From: a virus
Taxonomy: Duplodnaviria; Caudoviricetes
Strand: one strand, 5' to 3'
Length of the DNA stretch: 30,802 nt
Virus record (IMG/VR): IMGVR_UViG_3300027828_000083
Location: 1 to 30,802 of that record
Shown piece by piece: positions 1 through 8,990 of this stretch. The notes under the pieces are model-generated. The model worked only from the letters and a program-made list of their open reading frames with translations, made no database searches and had not been told where the DNA came from. Position numbers and translations under genes: made by a program. How positions within the stretch are numbered: the first letter of the stretch is position 1; every line of letters starts with the position of its first letter.

Positions 1-204
1 CTCAAGAACAACAACAGGTGGGCCAGAATACCTCACCTCCTCGCACGTCACCCGCTTAGCGTCCAACCACAGCCCCTTCCCTTTCGGGTGTAGATTACGC
101 TCTGCAATCTGCCGTGCCTCATCTTCATTCGCGGCACGGATGACCGCCCCGTCATGTTCGTCGTAATCCCAGTCGACATCTCGGCTCAGTTTGTAGAGCT
201 TCAT
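1..204 (-). CDS. Hypothetical phage protein (partial, runs off window)
   Basis: ATG at 204 overlaps helicase stop (TGATG); frame open to the edge: MKLYKLSRDVDWDYDEHDGAVIRAANEDEARQIA... Not in ORF track. Confidence 0.75.
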   Translation of the reverse strand, partial: MKLYKLSRDVDWDYDEHDGAVIRAANEDEARQIAERNLHPKGKGLWLDAKRVTCEEVRYSGPPVVVLE

Positions 205-1778
205 CACCTCACCCTGTATGGATTGTCTGCCTCAGAATACTTCCCCACGGTAAAGCCGTAGGTGTCACGCACTCTCAGCTTCGCATCGGGATGCCCGAAC
301 GGAATCGGCCTGTACTCTCGGCCAGCCACCTCAAACCGTGCTGGCACCCTGAATTTCATCCCCTGCTTTTCCGCCTCGCGTCGTGCGATGTGCCACGCCG
401 CACCGAAGGTCAGCCCTCGCTTGCCCGCAACATAAATCGCCATCGTCATCAGTTCGGCACACGTCTTCTTCGCCTTCGGTTTTTTGTCATCACGGGTTAT
501 CTCCCTCAACTCACCGCCGACGAATTCCAGCCCCTGCGACTTCCGCTCTCTCGCCGTTGGCTCATACCCACACTGCCGACACTTGCCGCCACGGTACACA
601 GCCCCGCAACTCGGACACTCAACCGTCGCGCGGGCTTCGTGCGTTGACGATGGACGCTCGCCCCATTCCAACGTCCACGCGATGTCATCCTCAAAGAACC
701 CGTGTTTCCGAATCCCGTCCGCATGGTCGAGGATAAGGCAATCTGTCTTCGCTGGGTGCATCCGGGAACCCCGCCCTATCATCTGCTTCCACCGCACCAC
801 ATTTCCAACCGCAGTGCACATCTGGACGCAAGAGACTCTTGGGATATCCGTGCCCCGCTCAATCACCCCGACGTTGCAGATGTAATCAATAGCACCATCG
901 TTCAACCGCGCGAACAATTCTTCGCGCTCATCATCTGGCGTCCCCCCATCCACGTAGTGTGCGTCGATGCCGTTCCGTCTCAGAAGTTCCATCGCCTCTT
1001 GCGCATGTGCCCGCCGTGGAAAGAACCCGACCGTCGCTCGTCCTTCGGCGTGTTTCTTCCAGTCCCTCACGAGGTCGCCGGCAAGCCCCTCCATCGCTTC
1101 GGCAACGCTCTTGTCGGTGTAGTCGTCGCCACTCTTCACGAGGCGGTCTAGCTTCCCCTGCGTTGCCTGAAAGTAACGGAACGGACTGAGGTACTTGTGG
1201 TCAATCAACCACTGCGGTGATGGCCCGTTGACGATGTGCCGAAATACCTTGTTCAGCTCCTTGTGCTGTGGCGTAGCCGAGAGCCCCAGGACGTAGGCTG
1301 GACGTTGCCCGAGCTGTTCCCGCTTCGCGTCATGGGCTTTCAGAAACGTCCTGAGCTTACTTATGTGCGAATGCGTCTCGTCGAACACGACAAGGTCATA
1401 GGTGTAAGTTCCGTCATACTCACCGCCCTCACAATACCACGAGTTCTTTGTGTCGATGCTGGCCACTTGAATTGGCTCATACAGGTCCGCCTTCGCCCCC
1501 GCCATAATCACGCCGTGAGGCAGTTCTGGCTCCTCTAAGAACGAACTGGACGCGTTGTGGACAAGCCCCCTTCTGTGAACGGCAAACATCGCACGCCCTG
1601 ACTCGCCTTCCCGTTTCTCCCGCCTCGCATAGCTTCCGAGTATCCACTTCGCCAACCGCGTCTTCCCGGTGCCCGGTGGTGCACAGAGGATGACTCGCCC
1701 GTGCCGCATCAACGCCGCGCGGGTGTCGTTCCGCATTTGCTCTTGGTGCGGGTAAAGGGCTGGGAGGTCAGTCATCAT
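204..1778 (-). CDS. SF2 DEAD/DEAH-box helicase (RadD/YejH-like) with C-terminal Zn ribbon
   Basis: Walker A APPGTGKT, motif Ia VHRRGL, DETH, LSATP, GTDIP, QMIGRGSR, CPSC...CRQC. Confidence 0.92.
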   Translation of the reverse strand: MMTDLPALYPHQEQMRNDTRAALMRHGRVILCAPPGTGKTRLAKWILGSYARREKREGESGRAMFAVHRRGLVHNASSSFLEEPELPHGVIMAGAKADLYEPIQVASIDTKNSWYCEGGEYDGTYTYDLVVFDETHSHISKLRTFLKAHDAKREQLGQRPAYVLGLSATPQHKELNKVFRHIVNGPSPQWLIDHKYLSPFRYFQATQGKLDRLVKSGDDYTDKSVAEAMEGLAGDLVRDWKKHAEGRATVGFFPRRAHAQEAMELLRRNGIDAHYVDGGTPDDEREELFARLNDGAIDYICNVGVIERGTDIPRVSCVQMCTAVGNVVRWKQMIGRGSRMHPAKTDCLILDHADGIRKHGFFEDDIAWTLEWGERPSSTHEARATVECPSCGAVYRGGKCRQCGYEPTARERKSQGLEFVGGELREITRDDKKPKAKKTCAELMTMAIYVAGKRGLTFGAAWHIARREAEKQGMKFRVPARFEVAGREYRPIPFGHPDAKLRVRDTYGFTVGKYSEADNPYRVR

Positions 1779-2133
1779 TCAGATACCTGCTGGGTATGTA
1801 AACCTCGCTCAGGTCACTTGGATTGTGAGTCAGCCCTAAGAAGTTGTCTGCCACGTCACAAACCGAAAACTCCCCATCCGTCAGCGTCAGCCCCAACACT
1901 GAACGGTAAGGCTCCTCCACCTCCTCAATAGACGTCCTGTCTGCACCACTTCGCAAGACGTATCGCGTCGTGGTGACTGCCACCAACGCGATAAACAACA
2001 CTGGCTCAGTCGTGTACAGGTATCTGCCACTGTTGTTTTGCTGTGCGTACACTGCATGCAAATTGTTCGCTGGATACACATTGAGGATGTCGTAACTGTC
2101 ACGCGACCACCTTTTGTCTAATTGCTCTACCAC
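1768..2133 (-). CDS. Hypothetical protein
   Basis: 121-aa ORF overlapping both neighbours in operon orientation; no motif recognised. Confidence 0.65.
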   Translation of the reverse strand: MVEQLDKRWSRDSYDILNVYPANNLHAVYAQQNNSGRYLYTTEPVLFIALVAVTTTRYVLRSGADRTSIEEVEEPYRSVLGLTLTDGEFSVCDVADNFLGLTHNPSDLSEVYIPSRYLNDD

Positions 2134-2756
2134 AACTGCCCCCCTATATGCTGCAACGCTTTGACAATCCTGTCACGCTCCCCACGGTTCGGCTCGAACT
2201 CATGCAGGTCACACACCGCCCTGATGGCCTTGTCGATGTACGCCTGAGCCAGTTTCCGCGTCTGGTTCGCCTGGTCGGATGCACTGGCTGATTTCGCTGG
2301 CTTCTCAATCACCACCTCCTCACGCGTCGCCCGCACGTGCTTCGCCGTCACCTTCGGTTTTCCCGCCTTGTCCTTCGGGGCTGTTTCAACGGATTTCACG
2401 AGCACTTCCGCCGCTTGCTCTTCCGGCAGATCCTCCACCTCGCGGGTGTGCGAAACTTTCAAAGTGGTGTCAATTGACGACACTTCGCTGTTCTCTTGTT
2501 CACCTTCTGGAACATTGTCTGAGAGGTCGGAACCATCAATGATTCGCAGGATGCTGCGGTGTTTCATCAACCGTGCTGCGTGTTGACGACTCATCCCCCA
2601 TTTGCTGCGGCAGTAGTCCTCAAACGATCCGTATTCCAGTTTGTACAACTGCTCGCGATGAATGGCTTCCATGCCTTCGTTGATGTCTTGGATGCCCTTG
2701 CGAATCTGAGACTCAAGGTATCTCAGCCGCGTTGCCTTGCGTGACAAATCGTTCAT
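2127..2756 (-). CDS. Putative DNA-binding phage protein (HTH-like, DUF3102-like N-terminus)
   Basis: LYKLEYGSFEDYCRSKWGMSRQHAARLM segment typical of phage HTH-like proteins; directly after a leader/terminator. Family assignment is tentative. Confidence 0.6.
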   Translation of the reverse strand: MNDLSRKATRLRYLESQIRKGIQDINEGMEAIHREQLYKLEYGSFEDYCRSKWGMSRQHAARLMKHRSILRIIDGSDLSDNVPEGEQENSEVSSIDTTLKVSHTREVEDLPEEQAAEVLVKSVETAPKDKAGKPKVTAKHVRATREEVVIEKPAKSASASDQANQTRKLAQAYIDKAIRAVCDLHEFEPNRGERDRIVKALQHIGGQLW

Positions 2757-2767
2757 TCCGCTGGTCC

Positions 2768-2813
2768 AAAAAAGAACCCGCCACGCAACTGGTGCAGACA
2801 GTCACGGACGGGC
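2768..2813 (-). terminator. Intrinsic terminator/attenuator upstream of the 209-aa gene
   Basis: Minus strand GCCCGUC-CGUGACUG [UCUGCAC] CAGUUGCG-U-GGCGGGU followed by UCUUUUUU. Confidence 0.7.
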
Positions 2814-2844
2814 TATATATCAGGGTTGCCCCCGATTGGTTCAG

Positions 2845-2873
2845 ATTGTGCTGCCCCGTCTGCACCGGGTCAA
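2845..2873 (-). promoter_or_regulatory. Candidate sigma70-type promoter
   Basis: TTGACC-N17-CACAAT in the intergenic gap. Confidence 0.4.
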
Positions 2874-2888
2874 CAGCCGCATTGTCGT

Positions 2889-3788
2889 TTAGAAAAGCGA
2901 TGTCTGCAACGCTGATTCCCTCTTAGTAACAGCGGATGCCAGATTCTTCCGTGCCTGCTCGTAGTATTCAGGTTTCAACTCGCAACCGTAGAAACGCCGA
3001 GGGTCGTCAATCCGCTTCTTCGTCTTAGGTGACACGCCGCCAATCGACATAAAACCCTCGCTGCCGATTCCAGTGAACGGACTGAACACCAATTCGCCAG
3101 GGTTGCTGAACAACAACACGCAACGCCGAATCACCTCCAATTGAAGCGGGCAAATGTGCTTGGTGTCATCTTCACTCTTCGCCGCTGCTGTGTTCAGTGT
3201 GTCCGTTTCAATAATGTCATCCCAGCAACCCTCCGCCCACTTAATCCAGTCGTTTCGACTGACTTGATTCTTCGTATTTATCGGGACGGCGTTTTCCCCG
3301 GGCTTGCGGAACTTAATCAAGTAGTCCTGAAGCGTGCCCCGCTGACGGCTTCGGTCTGACTCCAGACCAGCGAACTGCAACTCTCTGGAACGCGTCCTGA
3401 TGGCTTGTGCCTGCGGGTTCTTTCTTACGGACCAGTCATACTCGTAAATCAGCCCGCACCGTTCACCGATCCGAATCAGAGTTCCGCGGAAATCATGAAG
3501 ACCCTCGCCTCCAGACCGTTTCATCCTTGGAATCTGGCAGCAGTGAACGACCGCAACCCTGCCAGGCTTCAGCACTCGTGCCAGCCCACGCAGGACAAAT
3601 CCCATGTGAACCTTCGCCTCACCATCCCACCGGTCAACATTCCCCACGTCAGCTTCGCTGTCTGTGTAAGCGTACAACGAAGGGAACGGCGGACTGAACA
3701 CCGACATATCCACGCTTGCAGGAGGCATATCTTCCAGCATGTGCGGGATGCAGTCTCCGTGGAACACATCCCAATCATCAACGTCCAT
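2889..3788 (-). CDS. DNA methyltransferase, N4-C/N6-A family, beta-class motif order
   Basis: Catalytic motif FSPPF near N-terminus, HICPLQ, SAM-binding FSPFTGIGSEG near C-terminus, GCELK. Start placed at ATG 3788 (TGATG overlap); ORF track extends to 3806. Confidence 0.88.
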   Translation of the reverse strand: MDVDDWDVFHGDCIPHMLEDMPPASVDMSVFSPPFPSLYAYTDSEADVGNVDRWDGEAKVHMGFVLRGLARVLKPGRVAVVHCCQIPRMKRSGGEGLHDFRGTLIRIGERCGLIYEYDWSVRKNPQAQAIRTRSRELQFAGLESDRSRQRGTLQDYLIKFRKPGENAVPINTKNQVSRNDWIKWAEGCWDDIIETDTLNTAAAKSEDDTKHICPLQLEVIRRCVLLFSNPGELVFSPFTGIGSEGFMSIGGVSPKTKKRIDDPRRFYGCELKPEYYEQARKNLASAVTKRESALQTSLF

Positions 3789-5263
3789 CACGCAACCTCC
3801 ATACAAGGATGACCAATCTGGCGAAACAATTCCTCTTGCTCACGGGTATCCGATTCAACCCGGTCTGCTTTCCGCAACACGTTCTCAACGAACGGCACCT
3901 CCAGTTCTGTCACTGGAATATGGACATTCAGAGGACGTGTTGAGCCGATACGATTGCTGCGTTTCACGGCCTGATAGAATTCCTCGTATGAATCCTTCAA
4001 GCCTGAAAATACCTGCCTCGTGCATACTTGGAGGTTCAAACCGAACCCTAGAATCTTCGGCTTTGTAATCAGAACCTTCGCTTCGCCCGATTTGAATGAG
4101 TCGATGGCATCCTGTCGTTGTTCTTCCTTTGTGTCACCAGACACAGATACAGCATCCGGGAACACATCCTCCATCATCTTTTGCTCATCGTTGTAATGAC
4201 ACCAGATGATTGTGGATTCATCAGGCCACCCATCGACCATGCTGCGAATCGCTGATGGCTTCGCTGTAGGAATGCCGCCTTTACCTTTGGCAATCTGAGA
4301 CAACTTACCACGCTGACCAATCCCGCCAACCTGATTTGTAATCAGTGAACCTGTCAGCATCTGAGCCGCTTTGCGTTGCTCTGGAGTTAGCTCGATGTGC
4401 TCCACGTGAATATGGATCGGCGGAGTCGTTTCGACATTATCCTTCCACCCATATACTGCGGGATTCGCCAGGAATATCGACCACTCTGCCAAGCTCTTGT
4501 AGAAAGGTTTCAACGCATGCGGTTTCAGTTCCCACCGGTTCTGCGTCTGCCCGCGATTGATGAAATACGTTGCGAGAAACTCGTTGACTGTTCGGCACCT
4601 GTCCAGAAACACAGCATGATTAGCAAACTCAATTCTGTCATTCGGTGCCGGCGTGCCAGTCGCGCACAATTTCCACCTGACACCTCGCCCCATCTCAATC
4701 AGCCGCGTCCCCCACGCTCCGTAATGGCTCTTGAGCATTGACGACTCGTCGAGAATCAATCCAGCCAGTTCACATCGCGGGAGTTCGTCACGGATGGATT
4801 CATAGTTTGTGATTCCGATGCCGCTGCCTGACTCCAGCCACTCTGGCAATTCCGCTGCTGTCACTCGACTGACTGGAAGAGAATCGCCATACCATCTCCT
4901 CGCCTCGTCAATCGTCTGCCGCACAACCATCAACGGGCTGACAATCAACACCTTCCCATCAGCCACAGCATGCTTTGCGAACTCCAGCAGAATCAAAGTC
5001 TTACCAAGTCCGCAATCAGCAAACACCGCATACTTGCGTTTCTGAATCGCAATGCGGGCAATGTCTCGCTGGTAGTCGAATAAATCGGGATGCAGGTCGA
5101 CCGCTGCTGTTCCTCGTCGCTCCACTGCAATGCCAAGTTCGTCAGCAAACTCATCAGGGACGAATGCCCGCGAACCCCTGAAATGATAGAGGGGAAGATT
5201 CCGCACCTTCAGGAAGCGGCGATAGCAGTCCGCAGACGATGTATCGAAGTCAATGCTAATCAT
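3788..5263 (-). CDS. SNF2-family helicase/ATPase
   Basis: DCGLGKT, ILDESS, ATGTPAPN, GFGLNLQ, QAVKRSNRIG. Start 5263 (alternative 5284). Confidence 0.88.
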   Translation of the reverse strand: MISIDFDTSSADCYRRFLKVRNLPLYHFRGSRAFVPDEFADELGIAVERRGTAAVDLHPDLFDYQRDIARIAIQKRKYAVFADCGLGKTLILLEFAKHAVADGKVLIVSPLMVVRQTIDEARRWYGDSLPVSRVTAAELPEWLESGSGIGITNYESIRDELPRCELAGLILDESSMLKSHYGAWGTRLIEMGRGVRWKLCATGTPAPNDRIEFANHAVFLDRCRTVNEFLATYFINRGQTQNRWELKPHALKPFYKSLAEWSIFLANPAVYGWKDNVETTPPIHIHVEHIELTPEQRKAAQMLTGSLITNQVGGIGQRGKLSQIAKGKGGIPTAKPSAIRSMVDGWPDESTIIWCHYNDEQKMMEDVFPDAVSVSGDTKEEQRQDAIDSFKSGEAKVLITKPKILGFGLNLQVCTRQVFSGLKDSYEEFYQAVKRSNRIGSTRPLNVHIPVTELEVPFVENVLRKADRVESDTREQEELFRQIGHPCMEVA

Positions 5264-5264
5264 C

Positions 5265-5606
5265 TCAATACACCTTCCCGCCATGCCTCGCAGGCCGCCT
5301 CTGATTCGCTTCCATCTTTGCCATCAACGCACCACCGAGATTCAGCCCGAGGAACTGACAGGCATCCATGATGCGAATCACACAATCCGCAAACTCAATC
5401 TCCGCGTTGCCGAACTCCGGGCAGTGCTTGTCAGGCGGGTTCCCGTTGCGAAACGCTTCCAACGCCTCGCTCAGTTCCGAGTGCATCAATGCAATCAACT
5501 CCGCAGGATTCCGTTCCGTGCTGCCGTCGTACCATCCTTTGTCGATGGCCGTTTGATGGATGTCCATCTGCAACCGGTGCAGACAATCTCGCATGACTTC
5601 GCTCAT
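5265..5606 (-). CDS. MazG-like nucleotide pyrophosphohydrolase
   Basis: LIALMHSELSEALEAFR ... EIEFADCVIRIMD ... KMEANQRR; ATG 5606 overlaps upstream stop (ATGA) with GGAGG SD at 5611-5617. Confidence 0.82.
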   Translation of the reverse strand: MSEVMRDCLHRLQMDIHQTAIDKGWYDGSTERNPAELIALMHSELSEALEAFRNGNPPDKHCPEFGNAEIEFADCVIRIMDACQFLGLNLGGALMAKMEANQRRPARHGGKVY

Positions 5607-6079
5607 TGAACTCCTCCAATCAAATACGCGTTGAACCTCACACCCACAACCTTTTCGAACACGTCCGGCTCCACGTACTCGCGGAACCCCTGAATGATGT
5701 CCATGTAATAGACCGCGTTTTTCGTTCCCTGAAACGATCGGTGCTGGTTTGTTGCCATCACTTCCACATACCATTCTGCCCGCAGTGGATGATGCTTTGA
5801 AAGCCACATCATCCATCCGAGTGCGTTCTGGTGTGGTGATATCTGTGAGTCGCGAGTGTGGTGGTAATGGCACAACGCAATCCCGTTTCGCAAGTCGAAC
5901 CGCAACGCATAATGCTGCCGCGGTACCAAGTGATGCGCATGGCACGGATGCTTCCCGCACACCGCACAACAGTTGTTCCAGTCATCACGCACTGCGAGTG
6001 ACCACAACTGGTCTGCCATCCGCTTGAGTGTGTACTTTGCTGGCACGTCCTTATTGGTCCGCTTCCTACGCTTCACCAT
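5603..6079 (-). CDS. HNH endonuclease, NinG/Rap-like
   Basis: DQLWSLAVRDD..CAVC..HAHHLV.R...LRFDLRNGIALCHYHH; GGAGG upstream of ATG 6079; lies in the recombination cluster. Confidence 0.75.
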   Translation of the reverse strand: MVKRRKRTNKDVPAKYTLKRMADQLWSLAVRDDWNNCCAVCGKHPCHAHHLVPRQHYALRFDLRNGIALCHYHHTRDSQISPHQNALGWMMWLSKHHPLRAEWYVEVMATNQHRSFQGTKNAVYYMDIIQGFREYVEPDVFEKVVGVRFNAYLIGGVQ

Positions 6080-6440
6080 CAGTGTCCTCCATGACTCGTC
6101 GGAACGCATCCGGGTTGTTCACGCAATACTCCTGCATCAATCCCCACGCCACAGTTCGCAACGCTCTCAGTCGCTCAACTTCCGTCAGTCCGACCGTGTC
6201 ACCATAAACCGTCGATACAAACCGAACCGCCCACTCTTTCAGAACACCTACTGTCGGTGTCACCGGGTAATCACTCCGCCGGCAGTAGCCAATCAGGTCT
6301 GGCCCCGTTCGCTTGCCGTGCATGTACGAATTGTGAGGAACGGGGCAAAGGAACCCACGGCCCGCGAATGCGAACATATCGCACTCACGCAGGATGTGTC
6401 CTTCGGGAAGTTTCACGATGTCGTCATCACGTGCGTTCAT
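6066..6440 (-). CDS. Hypothetical protein
   Basis: 124-aa ORF, ATGA overlap with erf stop, GGAGG SD. Confidence 0.65.
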   Translation of the reverse strand: MNARDDDIVKLPEGHILRECDMFAFAGRGFLCPVPHNSYMHGKRTGPDLIGYCRRSDYPVTPTVGVLKEWAVRFVSTVYGDTVGLTEVERLRALRTVAWGLMQEYCVNNPDAFRRVMEDTDGEA

Positions 6441-7009
6441 TTCGTCACCTCCGTTAGTGTAGCTTTCAGCTCTTCCTTACGTTTCATGTAATCCTGCCGC
6501 ACCGCCTGCTGAACAGCCTGCGACTCGTTCTGCAAACCCTCGCCAACCTCCTGCAAGTCTTCCAGCGTCTCCGCTTTTCGGATGCGTTCACGAGCCGCAA
6601 CCACGTCCTTCGGTGGCTTACGTCGGCTCACAGATGCCGCGTCGTCATCCTCATCGGACACAGTCTGCGAGATAGCCGCCAGTGCGTAGCGTCGGAAGTA
6701 AGTGATGGCGCTGCCCATCTTTTGCGGGTCGCTGATGTCCACTTCTGCCGCGAGTGTTCCGCAGTCCAAATGCTGGCCGCTTTCATGCAGCAAGATTGTG
6801 AGCAACCGCAATTGGCCGTTCTCGACCGTTGGTGTCTGGATGACACTCAGCCCGTTCGCCGCGAACGCCTCCTGCATCGCCGTGCGAATGCTCTGAAGTG
6901 TCGCGTACCTCGACTTGAAGAACGGGTTCTTCGCGTCTCTCGGTGCTGGCTCAATCATCCCCTGAGCCTTTGCCAGTGCTGCTGCTAGTTCGTTGATATC
7001 GCTCACCAC
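6437..7009 (-). CDS. erf: ERF-family single-strand annealing protein
   Basis: LAAALAKAQ..KNPFFKSRYATL..LLHESGQ..DPQKMGSAITYFRRYALAAI..DEDDDA signature. Confidence 0.93.
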   Translation of the reverse strand: MVSDINELAAALAKAQGMIEPAPRDAKNPFFKSRYATLQSIRTAMQEAFAANGLSVIQTPTVENGQLRLLTILLHESGQHLDCGTLAAEVDISDPQKMGSAITYFRRYALAAISQTVSDEDDDAASVSRRKPPKDVVAARERIRKAETLEDLQEVGEGLQNESQAVQQAVRQDYMKRKEELKATLTEVTK

Positions 7010-7605
7010 TTCACCTCCATAGCTTTCTCAATGCGTTCAATCTCGTCCAACAGTTTCGCCATGCACGCCTCAAGCTTCTCGTGATACTTCGGGTCAGCCT
7101 CCACGCGATACAAAAACGGCGTGAGTCCTTCATGCCACCCGTAGAAGTCACACCACGGAAGCCCCGATATCCACAGCAGGCCCTGCACCTGCGGTTTGTA
7201 CTCATCAGGCATCGTCCCCTCAGCGTGATACTGGATGACCTTCTCAGGCTTCGGGCACTTAATCTCAATCAACCCGCCATCCACCAACCCATCAGGTGAG
7301 CCGCCATAGGCTTCCGTGTGGTCAGGGACAAGGAAACCCACGTCCACAATCTCACGCCCCGTTTCTGCCGTGTAGCTGGCTTTCGCGTGCGGCTCCATCT
7401 CTGTGCCACGCTCCATCCAATATGACGGCGGGGACTCGGTGTAGACGCCCAAACGCTTCGCCACGATTTCCGCTGCGTAAACTGTCGCCTGACTGGCGTA
7501 TGCGCCTTTGGCCGGCGTGCAGAACCTGTAGAACTGTGACGCCGTTGGCCTTGCTCTGAGTCGGTCCCATTGCTCAGACCGCTGAGCTACGTCAATCACT
7601 CTCAT
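7003..7605 (-). CDS. YqaJ/lambda-type exonuclease
   Basis: QRSEQW..R..TAS, MERGTEMEP.A, GGSPDGLV...IEIKCP, Y..QVQ; adjacent to erf. Confidence 0.93.
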   Translation of the reverse strand: MRVIDVAQRSEQWDRLRARPTASQFYRFCTPAKGAYASQATVYAAEIVAKRLGVYTESPPSYWMERGTEMEPHAKASYTAETGREIVDVGFLVPDHTEAYGGSPDGLVDGGLIEIKCPKPEKVIQYHAEGTMPDEYKPQVQGLLWISGLPWCDFYGWHEGLTPFLYRVEADPKYHEKLEACMAKLLDEIERIEKAMEVKW

Positions 7606-7608
7606 TCG

Positions 7609-7917
7609 TTACTCCCTGTTTCTCGCATCGGCAACGCACATCTCCCGAAAGTCTTCCCACTGGTTATCAATCACGCACGCCGCTATCTCATCCAGTATCG
7701 GCCACACGTCCGACTCATCGCGCTTCCGCTCCTCCGCCCCAACGAACCACCGTGACACGTACACGCTCAACCTGTCGCACGTGTCAGGACTGCCGGGATA
7801 GCCCGGAAACGGTCGCTCACCTGTCGCGTACCAATAGTCGATATCGACAAGCAATGTGCCGTAGCCGATTTCTTCCAGTTCGGTGGTGATTGAGCCGCGT
7901 TTAGTCGTCATCGTCAC
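7609..7917 (-). CDS. Hypothetical protein
   Basis: 102-aa ORF tiling the operon. Confidence 0.65.
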   Translation of the reverse strand: MTMTTKRGSITTELEEIGYGTLLVDIDYWYATGERPFPGYPGSPDTCDRLSVYVSRWFVGAEERKRDESDVWPILDEIAACVIDNQWEDFREMCVADARNRE

Positions 7918-8167
7918 TGCCCTTCAGGTCAGCCCATCCCATGTCGTTGTCAATCCACTCAAGGATATCGGCATCCCCAATAAGTTGTCCGAGCGATTCC
8001 CACGGGTCATCGTCAAACAAATCCACGTCATGAGCCCCGAATGTGTGCGCCTCCCACAACTCAAAGGTTGCGCAGTACACACAGCACCCAAAACGCCAGC
8101 GACCAATTCCGTTCAACTTCCAGCGAAACCGCTGTGGAGGTGTGTTTGCATCTGGTTTAGTCGTCAT
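7901..8167 (-). CDS. Hypothetical protein
   Basis: 88-aa ORF, acidic C-half, overlaps neighbours. Confidence 0.55.
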   Translation of the reverse strand: MTTKPDANTPPQRFRWKLNGIGRWRFGCCVYCATFELWEAHTFGAHDVDLFDDDPWESLGQLIGDADILEWIDNDMGWADLKGSDDDD

Positions 8168-8249
8168 CGGAAAAACACCCCTCGCATATCATCACGCTGG
8201 CCACGATTCCGACCGCGATGACACATGCAATTGCTAAGGCTTCATTCAT
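8157..8249 (-). CDS. Small putative single-pass membrane peptide (30 aa)
   Basis: MNEALAIACVIAVGIVASVMICEGCFSDDD*; fills the gap and overlaps both neighbours; below ORF-track cutoff. Confidence 0.55.
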   Translation of the reverse strand: MNEALAIACVIAVGIVASVMICEGCFSDDD

Positions 8250-8562
8250 CGCAGGGAATCTCCACTTCGCGTGTGTTGCCTGTCAAGTGCACGACAGACC
8301 AAACGTCTCGATACTCTGCAACGACTGTCGTGTAACCGATGTACAAGTCGCCCGCACTGTCGCCGTATACAACCTCGTGAAACACCACCGTCCGCGTCTT
8401 CGTCTTGACGGGCTCCACGACAAGGTGTTGTCCCTCTGATGGCGTATCGCCTGGCCACTGCACCGCAGTCCCGTCAGCCTGAACCAGCCACTGGTCTTTG
8501 CCAACCACACCCCACCTCAGAGCCCGATACCCTTCAGGCACTCCCGGTAATTCAACGCTCAT
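8242..8562 (-). CDS. Hypothetical protein
   Basis: 106-aa ORF, ATGA overlap with upstream stop. Confidence 0.7.
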   Translation of the reverse strand: MSVELPGVPEGYRALRWGVVGKDQWLVQADGTAVQWPGDTPSEGQHLVVEPVKTKTRTVVFHEVVYGDSAGDLYIGYTTVVAEYRDVWSVVHLTGNTREVEIPCDE

Positions 8563-8861
8563 AGCACTCTCACCCCGTCTTTAATGTCCTGAACAACTTG
8601 CCGCATCTGCCCGTAACACTCGCCGCAGATGTCTCCCGAATCCACACCCGCCAACGTGCAGAACTGCAACGTCCGGTGTGCCGTCTTCCCGCACTGTGTC
8701 AGCCCTGCCGGTGTCGCGATACACAGCTTCCGTTCTGCAACACTGGCATCGTCTTTGTCTATCGCACGTGCCTGATGTGCTGCGAAGGTTTCCACCATCC
8801 GAAGGTGCCCAAACATCGCCACAAGTTCCTCGTGTTTCGTTCTGCGTCCTTTGACTGGCAT
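8559..8861 (-). CDS. Hypothetical Cys-containing protein
   Basis: MPVKGRRTK... start with GGAGG/GGAG SD; C-terminal CGEC. The ORF-track extension to 8999 crosses a terminator and structured RNA. Confidence 0.6.
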   Translation of the reverse strand: MPVKGRRTKHEELVAMFGHLRMVETFAAHQARAIDKDDASVAERKLCIATPAGLTQCGKTAHRTLQFCTLAGVDSGDICGECYGQMRQVVQDIKDGVRVL

Positions 8862-8916
8862 CGCTCCACCTCCCGAAAACAGGTGACGACCGCAGCCGTG
8901 CAGCCGCCACCCACAA

Positions 8917-8983
8917 TCACAGACCCGGTTCAGCGTCTTGCTGTTCCTGCGAACCGCTTTCGGTGCCTTCCGGTAGCCTGTGA
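8917..8983 (-). ncRNA. Candidate multi-stem structured RNA
   Basis: Closing stem UCACAGGC(UA)CCGG/CCGG-GUCUGUGA enclosing hairpins ACCG-AAAG-CGGU and CAGC-AAGAC-GCUG; folded by eye only. Confidence 0.4.
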
Positions 8984-8990
8984 CTGGCTC

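Noticed and set aside
5607-5969. N-terminal extension of the 234-aa MazG ORF
   Set aside because: Overlaps the NinG-like gene out of frame; SD and ATGA coupling support a start at 5606.
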